Shown here: positions 14,801-26,800 of the stretch, piece by piece
Layout of the letters: every line of letters starts with the position of its first letter
Numbering within the stretch: the first letter of the stretch is position 1
Source of the DNA: Lytechinus pictus
Lineage: Eukaryota
Assembly (NCBI RefSeq): GCF_037042905.1
Contig: NC_087252.1
Location: 26,660,001 to 26,724,000 of the forward strand
Direction of reading: 5' to 3'
DNA: 64,000 bases
Translations under genes and position numbers: made by a program
Notes under the pieces: generated by a model
Databases searched by the model: none
What the model saw: only the letters and a program-made list of their open reading frames with translations
What the model was told of the DNA's origin: nothing

Positions 14801-17800
14801 GGTTTGAATTTATAGAACTGGGGAGCATTTCATGAAACAAAAAGTCAGTGATTATCACTGACTACTGTTATAAGCTACTGAAATCCTTGCATCTGATTGG
14901 CTCAGAGTAAATTGGTCAGTGAAAATCACTGATAAACCTTTTCATGACACCCTCACCTCGTCTTCATATTGATCATTGATGAGATGAAATTTGTTTTATT
15001 TGAAAAATGATGCAACTATTATACAGATTGGTTAGTGTGGCTTGTAGATGAGCATATCTGATAACGCATTCTTCAGAGATGCCATATTTCAGATTTTGCC
15101 TGATTCAAGGCCTTGACAAGTTTCCATTCCAGGCTTTTTCCGGCTTTGTATTATGTACCATGTATGAGGCTTTAATATGTTCCGGGGGGGGGGGGGGGGG
15201 GGGGGTGTTTCACAAAATGTAAGTATGACTTAGAGTTGCACTTAAATGCCCAGTTGCGTGCGTTATAAAGGCATGACAGCATTGGTCAGATGATGAGATC
15301 ATGCCAAGAGGACGCTCACTACTGCGTATTAAACATTAAAATTGTGCGTTGCATATGTATCATGTATGCATCAGCATTTAAGTGCGACTCTTTGTCATCT
15401 TTATGAAACACCTCCAGGTTTCTTTCCAGGGGGCCGTTTCATAAAGCTGTTTGTAAGTTAAGAGCGACTTTAAGAACGACTAGTGATCCTTTCTTACGCG
15501 CTCAACCATCGCCAATGAATATACCGTTTACCATAAGAAAGGATCACCAGTCGTTCTTAAAGTCGCTCTTAACTTACGAACAGCTTTAAGAAACACCCAC
15601 CAGGTCCAGTGAGAAAACTAACTGGTGTTCCTGATTCTTACATTTGAAACATTTGAATTTGATTCGTTTTCAGATGCAACACGGCTCTCACTCTGGCACT
15701 CCAAGCCGATGGGGAAGCAGTACACCAATCTCTGGAAGATCTTCTGAGGTCACATCCCCTAGACTCCAGCCTGGTCACAGCTCCGGCTCTACACCGACAG
15801 TGCAGACAGGACTCAATTTTGCCACTCCGGTCAGCCCTCACAAGCTCCAGATTCGCATGGAGCATGCCAAAAGGGAGTATTCCAGGAGAACAGATAGCCA
15901 GGACTCTGGAGTGGAACTAAGCGGAAGTACTCCCAAATCGCCTGTCTCGGCCCAGCTCTCTGGGTCGTCGTCAGGCACGCCTAGCCAGCTGTCGGGACAG
16001 CATATCCTATCGCCGGTCAACGTCACAAAGCAGCAGCCAAGAGCAGTATCGACACAGGCTCAGCAGCAGCAACAGCAGCAACAGCCACATCAGCAGCATC
16101 CTCAAGGAGAGAAAAGCCACTTTGAGTTCCCCCCACCACCGTCTGAGAACAAACTCCGAGCTGCTCTCTTGGCTCCACCGAATCAGACAATGTCTGGCAG
16201 TATCCACGTCCAGGAAACCCAGACAAGTCCCAGTAATGATAAGACCAGTAAAGGAACACAGTCAAAGGAAGGACATTCTGGAGATGATGTTTTTGTCCAA
16301 GAAACTAGGAGGCAGAAGAGCGATGACCAGGGGCGAGAGGTTCCTCAAGGTGGGCGCGTCGTACCCCAAGGCGAGCAGCAGGTTGGCCAAGCCCCCATGA
16401 CACCATCAGCTTTAGTACCGCTGGTGACAAAGGGCGCAAAGGACAGTAGCAAAGGAGATAAGAAGGATGGAAGTGGTAAGTATGATCACGTGTGTGGAAC
16501 TGTGGTCTGATTAAAGCGCCCTCTCACACAAGGGGTCCAGAGCTTGCACCTTATGAAAAGGCGTTTCATTCACATGTGCTCCTCCTGACTGAAATGTGTG
16601 AAATGGGCACCTGAGCTCAGTAACACAAAGGTTTGCGATTAATCCTAGTTCATCTACAACCAGATAGTCTACAAACCATCTGGTGCAATTGCCATGTCAG
16701 CCATTTACCATACTGTCTAGCTTACAGTCAGGCAATACCAGTTTCGTTTGATATTCACTTACTAGTCTTTTACCAAGTCTATAAGGTTATTAAAATGAAC
16801 TGTTTATGAACCAAATTTTCATTTGGCAAAGTAAAAAAAAAAAGTGGATGAGATGGAAATTAGACTAAATTAGAATTAGGCTATGAGTGGGTATTAGACC
16901 AAGTGTAGTGTACATGTAGCCCAAACAGGAATTGCACCAAAGTGATAGAAGACAAAATTTGTATTATCCCATATGGCATTAGACTATCTGAGATCTAGAC
17001 CAACTGTTTGTAAACCAAGTGAATTATATTAAAACCATTAAAGCAGACCTGCCAACCTTCTACAGCAAAAACAAAGTATTCTTAGAAGGAAAAAAAGTAT
17101 TTTTGACAAAAAAAGAGTATTTTCAAAAATTTGTGTCAACGAAACAATCGCCAGCCTGTTGTAGTGAGATCAGTGAAAACACATGTGAATTGACTCTACT
17201 TGAAAACTTGATAATTCACCCTTTTAAACATGTGCTCGTAGGCAAGAATTTACTTGTTCCTTTCATGCAACAAGTTACTGGCCCGACAGTGATTTTTACC
17301 AGTCTAGGACTGCAGGACCGGCGCTAGTGTCACGTGTTGTGTATAATTCATACTCCATGATCTGAAATTTTAAAACAAAGTAACAAATCATACAAAAAAA
17401 GTATTGGTGTATTCATATCAATATAGAGGAACAATTACTCTAAAAAGGGAACGGTTGGCATGTCTGTTAAAGGTATGTCGGGAGCTTACTCAAAAGACTG
17501 ATTTGAATGCAATCTTCATTTTTTCTGTAGCCCAAGTTGTAGTCCCACCTGGCCATGTACCCGTCTTTTACTGGCATTCTCTGGTCCCGATCTTCAACAT
17601 CAGTCATCCTTCGGCTTCTTCCTCTCCGACACCCAGCGAAGCCCAGGCTATACCTGGCAGTCAGCAGGGAGCAGCCAGTCAGATGCAAGGTGAGTTGATG
17701 ATGTCATCAATGGGGGTGGAGCCTCGGGGCTTAAACTTTATCACTGATGGTAACATTACCATCATGCTAACTACCGTGGCAGCCTTGCTTATAATGGTCA

Positions 17801-20800
17801 GTCAATTCTTAGGTCCATATACATGGCTAAGTTTGCAATCCATCCCATTCTGAGTGCAAACTAGGTCCAGGTGCCCATTTAGGGAGGGAGATGCAATCAA
17901 ATCCAGCTCAAGAATTTGAATACATGCTGATTTTCTAGTAATCAGAAGCGCATATTTGAGACTTTTATGTTGATTTTGCATAAACACAAACTTTCTGATG
18001 ATTCTGCTATGGCCCATGGACAGAACATATTTCAGATAATGGACAATGATGTGACAACTTGGGAGCTCTGGAAGTATTTTGTCATGGGAATAATACGCAA
18101 GGATCTTTCTTTTATGTATTTTATTTTTTGATGCATTTTAAATTTGATTCAGTCAAGAGTTTTAAACTCACGAATTTGATTGCATGCTGACTTTCAAACA
18201 ATCATAAGTGCATATTTGAGACTTTCATGTTGATTTTGCTCGATCACAAACTACATGCAATGGCCCGAGGATAATTCTTGTTTCACATAATGGACAATAT
18301 CGTGATAATTTGCTCTAGATACCGTATATTTTGTTGTGGGAATATATTACAAGGATTTTTTTTCTTTCAACAGTTATTTTGTTATGCATTGTACATTATA
18401 TAGAGTCTGCTCTGTAAGGAATTGTGACATTTGCCTGTTGAACATGTATCTCACACTTCTCTTTTGTCCTATATTATCTCTTCTTGTCCTTTCTTTCTAT
18501 CTCTCTATCTCTCTATGTGTCTCTCCTATTTTATTCTACATCTCCCATCTCCCTTTCTCTCTTTCACTTCTCTACTCTTCTCTTTCTCTTCCCCTTCTCT
18601 CGACCCCTCTCTCTTCTTCTCTCTCATTCATTATACCCCCTCTCCATCTCTCATCCCCTCTCAACCTTTCACCTTTTTCTCATTCTCCGTGTTTCTCTCT
18701 CCAACTCTCTCCATCTCTCTCAATCTCTCAACCTTTCACTTTTCTATCTTTCATTTTCTTCATCTCTCTCCATCTCTCACCTCCTTCCTTCCTCTCTTCC
18801 TCTCCCTCCCCTTCTCCTCTCTCAGGTGATACGATAAAGTTGTCTGGAGTGAGAACGGTGCAAGGAACGACTATCCTGGGAAAACACGATGGACTCCTGC
18901 CAAAAAGGGAAGAAGGGTAAGACGTCACTCACACTACCTGTCTCTCTTAACCTGTCAATGAACCCTTGGGAGCCTTTCATGAACAGTTTTGCAGTGATTG
19001 TCACTGACCAATTTGCTCTTGGCCAATCGGGTTCAAGGATTTTGGTAGCTTTTAACATTTGTTGATGACAAAACTATTCATGAAATGCTCCTCAGTCTTG
19101 ATGAAGAAGCCATTTTTGTGTTATGATTATTCTATGGAGTTATGATTCTTTCTGTTCTAGAATATATCAATTACTATATCTTTCTTCTTGCCTAATTGAT
19201 GTTGTGGTTGGTATTCATTGATTATTCTTGGGATGGGTATTATTATGAGCATCAGCGTATCAACATCACCTTTATAATCATAATCTATAATCATTATTAT
19301 ACAATTCCCAAGAATGTTCTGTATTTCTGATTGGTCCAAATCGGATCACATGATAGTCAGCAAATTGCAATATTGCATCCAAAATGCACTATCCTGTACT
19401 CTGACGTCATACCAAATGTACTATCCTGCACTCTGACGTCATACCAAATGTACTATCCTGCACTCTGACGTCAGAGTGCAGGATAGTGTGAGGTCTGGAA
19501 TTATCTAGAATTTAGATCAAATATATAATTCGGGGCAACTCAGTAACATGGGTGGGGGGGTGTATAAAACAAACAATGCACGCATTCTTGTGCATAGAGG
19601 ACCTAAATAACGAACTCTGTGCTCGACTCGCCAATTGGATATACCGCACTCGGTCCTGCGGACTTCGATGTGGTATATCCATTGGCTCTTCTTGCACATC
19701 GTTCATTAGTTGGCCCTGCATGCACGTGCATTATTTGTATACTACCATCACGATCACTACCATCATCATCATCACCGTTACTACCACCATCATTGTCATC
19801 CTCATGATGATGATGATGATGACGGCGACAACGAGGACGACGATCATCATAATTGTAACTGCAGTAAATGTGTTAATCATAATATGAGTATTATCTATGT
19901 TGCTATCTTGATGACAAAGGTAATCATTATTACATATGATCATTCATCCTATCTGTCTCTGTTTTACTCTCAGACCAAGTGCGTTCACTTTCCCTCCCAC
20001 TGCCGATAGCGTATCTCCCAGTAAGAGACGATCACAATCTCTCAGCTCATTACCCAAGGATGAGAAGGAACCAAGAAGTCCAAGAAAGGTAGGTCAAGCC
20101 CCTACTTTTCAAAGCTTTTTCCTTCTCCCTAAAGGGCTTCAGAAATTTTGTGCTTAGAAAATTTGTTGCACTATCAACTTTGCTCATTCTCCTGAAGACG
20201 ACAAGAACACACTTGTCGAAACATTGAGTTTGGGTGGTCCATTTTAGGACCAACATTTGCCCAAGAAAGATACATGATGTTCCGTGAAACCTATTACACT
20301 ATTCTTCTTCGCCATGGAAACTTTCAGAAGTTACATCTATTAATTGAATTATTATCATAGAGCTGCTCTGCTTGATGATATGATTTTGTTTTTTTATTGT
20401 AATTCAGTTCAAGCCAAATGACACATTGTATTAAACTTAGTAGCAATTTATGGAGCTGTTTTTCATTTTATGAGAGGTATTCTTAACATTTTGTGGGCAA
20501 ATTGCCCATTGCCAATTCATTTGTATAGTGGTTTCCCTTCCTCCTTTTTCTTCACAGAGTCGAGATAAAGACCATGTGAGGCGTCCCATGAATGCTTTCA
20601 TGATCTTCAGCAAGCGACATCGAGCTCTGGTCCACCAGAGACATCCGAACCAAGACAATAGAACAGTCAGCAAGATCTTGGGAGAGTGGTGGTACGCGCT
20701 CAAACCAAAGGAGAAACAAAAATACCATGAACTAGCATTCCAGGTGAGTTAACAGCTCTTGGCTTTCGTTAGCATGTTTATTATAGAGTTGTGGGTTCAA

Positions 20801-23800
20801 GTCCCTGCCTTAAGAAAGGTGGTTAAAACATGGCAATAAAATGGTCAGAAAGATTTTGAGAGATTGGTGGTACCCGCTCAAACCAAAGGAGAAACAAAAA
20901 TACCATGAACTAGCATTCCAGGTGAGTTAACAACTGTTGGCTCTCATTGGCATTTCAATCAGAGAGTCATGGGTTCAAGTCCCAGCTGCAGCATTATTTC
21001 CTTCAGAAAAGATATCAGCTTTGTGGTGCACGTTACCCAGGTGTAGATAATCAGAACCTGGCAGGAATATTCATTTCTTGAAGTTCTTGTGCACCAAGAT
21101 GGTAGTTTGGCTGCAGTCATAGTAATACTGAAAATTAGTAACTTTAGCATTCTGCAGGGAGGGAACAATTTTTTTTGATAATAAGTTTCATCATCGGGGA
21201 GCTTTTGGAACACGGGATGAAATCGTAATAGGACAGAAGTATCAAACAAGATTGAATTGTACATTCCGAGTCCTAAATTCCTTTGGACTGAGCATGTACA
21301 CATTGATACTCTGTGTATTTGTAAAATTATCTTCTGTGACTTATGAATGATTTTGATGAAGTGGGGTAAAATATGTATTTCTGTCTAACAGGTGAAAGAG
21401 GCTCACTTCAAGGCCCATCCTGACTGGAAGTGGTGCAGCCGGGAGCGCAAGAAGTCGGCGAGCGGGGGGTCGGGTTCCGGCGGGCATTCCACCAGCCCCA
21501 TGGCTAGCCCAGGCCCCCTGACTAGCCCCGGTCCACTGACCAGCCCTGGTCCCGTCACCAGCCCTCTCCTCCTCTCCCCATCACATCACATGATGAGCCC
21601 ACTGACCAGCCCGCTGCCACTGATTAGCCCCAGTCAGCTGACTAGCCCAGGATCTCTGCATCGGGCTAGCCCGAGTAGGATGCTGAGTCCTGGAAGGCTT
21701 CGGAGTCCAATCCATGGGGAGATCCATAAAGAGAAGAGAAGACTATTTGAGTCTGATAGTGCAGACTCTGGTCCTAGTCCTGCTTGGGAACCAGGTGAGT
21801 TATAGACAATTATTGACTATTTGAGTCTGATAGTGCGGACTCTGGTCTTAGTCCTGCTTTGGAACCAGGTGAGTTATAGACAATTTTGACTTTTTGAGTC
21901 TGATAGTGCGGACTCTGGTCTTAGTCCTGCTTTGGAACCAGGTGAGTTATAGACAATTTTGACTTTTTGAGTCTGATAGTGCGGACTCTGGTCTTAGTCC
22001 TGCTTTGGAACCAGGTGAGTTATAGACAATTATTGACCATTTGAGTCTGATAGTGCGGACTCTGGTCTTAGTCCTGCTTTGGAACCAGGTGAGTTATAGA
22101 CAATTTTGACTTTTTGAGTCTGATAGTGCGGACTCTGGTCTTAGTCCTGCTTTGGAACCAGGTGAGTTATAGACAATTATTGACTATTTGAGTCTGATAG
22201 TGCGGACTCTGGTCCTAGTCCTGCTTTGGAAACAGGTGAGTTATAGACAATTATTGACTATTTGAGTCTGATAGTGCGGACTCTGGTCTTAGTCCTGCTT
22301 TGGAACCAGGTGAGTTATAGACAATTTTGACTTTTTGAGTCTGATAGTGCGGACTCTGGTCTTAGTCCTGCTTTGGAACCAGGTGAGTTATAGACAATTA
22401 TTGACCATTTGAGTCTGATAGTGCGGACTCTGGTCTTAGTCCTGCTTTGGAACCAGGTGAGTTATAGACAATTTTGACTTTTTGAGTCTGATAGTGCGGA
22501 CTCTGGTCTTAGTCCTGCTTTGGAACCAGGTGAGTTATAGACAATTATTGACTATTTGAGTCTGATAGTGCGGACTCTGGTCTTAGTCCTGCTTTGGAAC
22601 CAGGTGAGTTATAGACAATTATTGACTATTTGAGTCTGATAGTGCGGACTGTGGTCTTAGTCCTGCTTTTGAACCAGGTGAGTTAGAGACAATTATTGAC
22701 CAACGAACGTAGAGGGCAGCAACACACAAGCGTGTTGCTCTAAGGAAGGTCAACTCCGCTCGAATTTTGTGACCACTTTAAAAAATAAGGTGGGGTTTTG
22801 GGAAATTTGTCGAGTTGATTTTTTTTCATTTGTTAATTTTAAATATTTTTTAATGAACAATTATTAGATCGGTTATTCTGCGTATAAATATTAAATATAT
22901 TACTTTCATTTTTAAAGAAAATATTCAGCTTAAATAATCATGATTTTGACATTTTTCCTCATTTTGGAATATTGAGCCTGTGACGAGGATACCTCATATC
23001 TCTTATTTTCTTCTGCTGAATTTCGCTGCACCATGCCACTAATAAATGCATAGACAACCACCGTAATAATCGAGGTCATTTTTCTGGCCTGGGTGCGCCG
23101 AGTCTGGGCCGGTCGCGCAGCTAGCTAGTGACGTTGATGATGCGCTGGGGCTTCAGGCGACTCGTCATAGATCTAGCAACTTAGACAATGACGTCTAATT
23201 TGCCTGGCCTGATTTGAAGTGTAATGGCTTCAGGGCTGATGTTTATCAACGATGATTGTTCAAGGTTAGATTTCAAATTTTAAATGTCATTTGACTTTTA
23301 AGTCTATAAATCTGAAATAAAGGCGCTGTATCCCCGAAATCCGGGTCTAAATTTCAACTCTGAGTCCGAGACCATGGCATGGACGGCGAAAAAACAACCC
23401 ATGCATCGGATGCATTGCATTGGCTGCGCGCTGCGCTGCAGCTGCACTGTGATGATGGGTTCAGCGAAGAGCTCAGAGAAAATAAGGTGGTTATATTCAA
23501 TCCCGAAATGCTTTGCGAGTGGTCACAAAATCGTCTTGATGCAAATCACCTAATACAGCCGTCTGGTGAAATCGCTGATAACAACAATCACCGATTTGGT
23601 AATGATTTTAGTTTCCTGAAACTTATATTTGTAAAGTTTTAAATATCAAAGTATGTTTTTATATGTATGTATATTCTTCAACATATTTTTAAAGTTATCT
23701 TTGATATTGTTGTAGTCATATTCTTTCATATTCGTTTTTTGATCGCTACTAATTTGTTGTTGTATTTGATCGGCATTTGATTTCGTTGGCATGAACAATA

Positions 23801-26800
23801 AAATACGCGCGCAGCTCAGCTGCATGCGCGTATCGAGTTGACCTTCCTTATAGCAACACGCTTGTGTGTTGCTGCCCTCTACGTTCGTTGTTATTGACTA
23901 TTTGAGTCTGATAGTGCAGACTCTGGTCCTAGTCCTGCTTGGGAACCAGGTGAGTTATAGACAATTTTGACTTTTTGAGTCTGATAGTGCGGACTCTGGT
24001 CTTAGTCCTGCTTTGGAACCAGGTGAGTTATAGAAGGTGATTGACCATTCGAGTCTGAGATTGCAGTCCTGCCTGGGGACCTTGGGAGTTATACAATAAT
24101 TGTTTATGCTGAGATAATTGAACTTAAAATAAACTCATATAATTATGATAGATGTGATAGACTGACAACAAGAAGTGAAAAGCTGTTGAGTCCTATTGTG
24201 TGGACTTTGATCTAAGTCCTGCCTGTGTACCTGGTGAGTGCTAAAAGATGAAGCATAATCTTGAACACACTGACAAACATTTGAGAGTACATTGGATGTG
24301 AGAAATGGGGAAATTCAAGAGCAAAGAATAGGATCTTTGTATTGTTGATTAATTAAAAAACTTTCCTTTCTTTTCCCTGTAGTAAAATCTGATTCAGAAA
24401 AGTCTATATCGCTTTGCCCCATCCCTGAGAAGGAGAAAGCGCCCCCTACCTTCAAACAGAGTCCAGTGCCCATGGACCGTTGCCAGTCGGCGGCCATGTT
24501 GCAGCTCCCACCTAAGAAGCGTTCGTTGAGTCTGAGTCATATGATCATGGGAAGTCCGACCAATCTTCACTCTCCAAGGCCGACGCCTCCCACACCCAAA
24601 CAGGTATGAGAGTGTTAGCAGTCCTGATTTACTGGACTTGGTCCTTATCTACATAGAATAGAGTGACATATAGGCAGAACCATAATATTGGAGAAGCCAG
24701 GAAGTTCAAAGTAGAAAGTAGAGCTAAAGAAAAGAGGTCATCAAATTAAGATACATTGCAAAATAAACAACCCAATGCACTTATACATGTACATAATTAT
24801 TCAAGGAAAGGTGGATAAAACTTTTTAAATAGAATCTTAATAGAAATAGAGAGACTTACAGGCAGAACCACATTATTCTGTCGCTGTTGATGTAACTCCC
24901 GTAGGAACTCGGCAAAGAATTTGAAGAAAAAAAGTATTGGGGAAGCCAGGAAGGTGATTATTACCATAACTCTCTTCCAATGATTTGTATAATTCCTTCC
25001 AGACCACACCCAGTCCAGTCAGTACTCCGGGCCGCTCCTCCCCCCTGAAGCCCAAGGTGGGTGATGAGCCACCGTCGACCACCAAACCTCTCGCACCCCT
25101 GACCCCTCTCAAGCAGCACCCCAGACCTCGGCTAGAGTCGGAGGAGACGCTAAGCGATGACGAGAGGATGGTCATCGATGAGGAGGGCGATGACGATGTC
25201 ATCGGTATGTTTTGTTTTCTTGATTAAATTCATGCTTTTTGTAATGACTTTTGAAAGTCTGGGCCCCGTAACACGAAAGTAAGCGATTAATCGCTAATTT
25301 GAAAGAACAATTCTGATTGGTTCCCAGTCAGTCTACTGAACAAAATGCGCGTGCAACAATGATCGTGATAAGCCATTTCATTTAGCGATTAATCGCTAAC
25401 CTTTTTGTTACGGGGCCCTGGGGTTCCTCTTAATAAAAAAAAAAGTGGAAATGCTATTTGCATTCTTGTTAAGTATGTGTGCGCTTGTTAAAGAAAATAA
25501 AGATTAAAGAATAAAAATTAAAAATATAAAGCCCGTGCAACCAATGTTCATTATCTTAAGATGCCTCCTTTCCCTATTGGTTGACAGCTTTTTCATATAA
25601 TAGCACCCGCACTGTGAGTGAGAATAGAAAATTAAAGAAATATTCAACTGAACAATGAAATCCTGAATGCAAGAAAGAGTAAGGATGTCTTATCAGTGAG
25701 GTCCCAGGAAAACTTCTGTTGTAATGTAATTATTTTTTATTTCGTTACAAGCTGCCAATGGAGAAGAGAGAAATATGACACAGAGCAAACGCATTGATCT
25801 GGAATGCAAGGAAAACGTCGAAGTCAGCGACTCAGAGACAGAATCTGAAAACGAGACGACGATCGAGAACAAAGCGTTCCCTCAGCAGCGTTTCTCCCCG
25901 GTCATGAAGCAGCAGCTCCCACCCTCTGACAAACCCTACAGGCCTAAGCCAATCAAGATCAAGCCTGATTCAAACTCACCAATCAGGAACGAGATCGGGG
26001 GAGATCAGACGGACGGAGCATCCTCCAGGCCGGTGACGACGAAGAGTACGTTCCAGCCGACCGGTGCGGTGTTCAAGGCGCATTCTCCGCGTGGGAGGAC
26101 GGATGCTGTCGGGAGCAAAGCAAAAGCTTTCCATGAGTATCATCCGTGGAAAGGAAAAGCAGACTCAAATCAGCAACAGACTTTATCTAAATCTGAACCT
26201 GCAGGACAGGAAAGGACAAATGAATCTAAGGATAATCAGGGTACATCGCATCAGGGATTGGATGATAGAAGCGGGAAGGACCAGAGAGACAGTAGCGTGT
26301 CTGGACAAGAGCCTCAGCATTCCGCACCTCGAGAGGCATTGGTCAGGAACACTCATTCGGTTGGATTACCAACCACCGTGCGCATTGCACCAAGCCCCGG
26401 GGCGGTGATCGTTCCAGGTCATGTGACCATAGCTCCGAACAGGCCGTCGTCTACTCCGGCCAACTTGAACCAGTCATTGCCAACGTCTGTCATTGTTGCG
26501 AGGACATCAGACATACAGAGTAATGTCCAAGGAAGCGGGAACTTGGCGACGTTAGTGCCAACGTCAGTCCAAGCAATTGTTAGCAGAGGATCTACCTTAC
26601 AGCGTGCTTCGAGTATGGAGTTCCAGAGTGGCGTTGTTCAGATCGGGAGACCGGGTGGACTCACTAATGTGACTATTGCTTCGCCGAGTACGCCAACGAC
26701 TCCTAAACCGGGATTTCCAAACATTAAACCTCTCACCACGAATATGATCGCCACGAATGCTGTCAATGTCAATACTATCCAGGGGAAGATACTAGCAACA

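Noticed and set aside
18336-18837. Hydrophobic L/S/F-rich ORFs (also 5817-6137 and 6398-6826)
   Set aside because: Artefacts of CT/GA low-complexity tracts; only 18826-18916 is exonic.
19740-19855. His/Asp-rich ORF and (CAT)n/(GAT)n hairpin
   Set aside because: Degenerate trinucleotide microsatellite in an intron with no splice support.
21741-24033. CRISPR-like array
   Set aside because: No unique spacers; units derive from the adjacent exon; eukaryotic intron with no cas genes.
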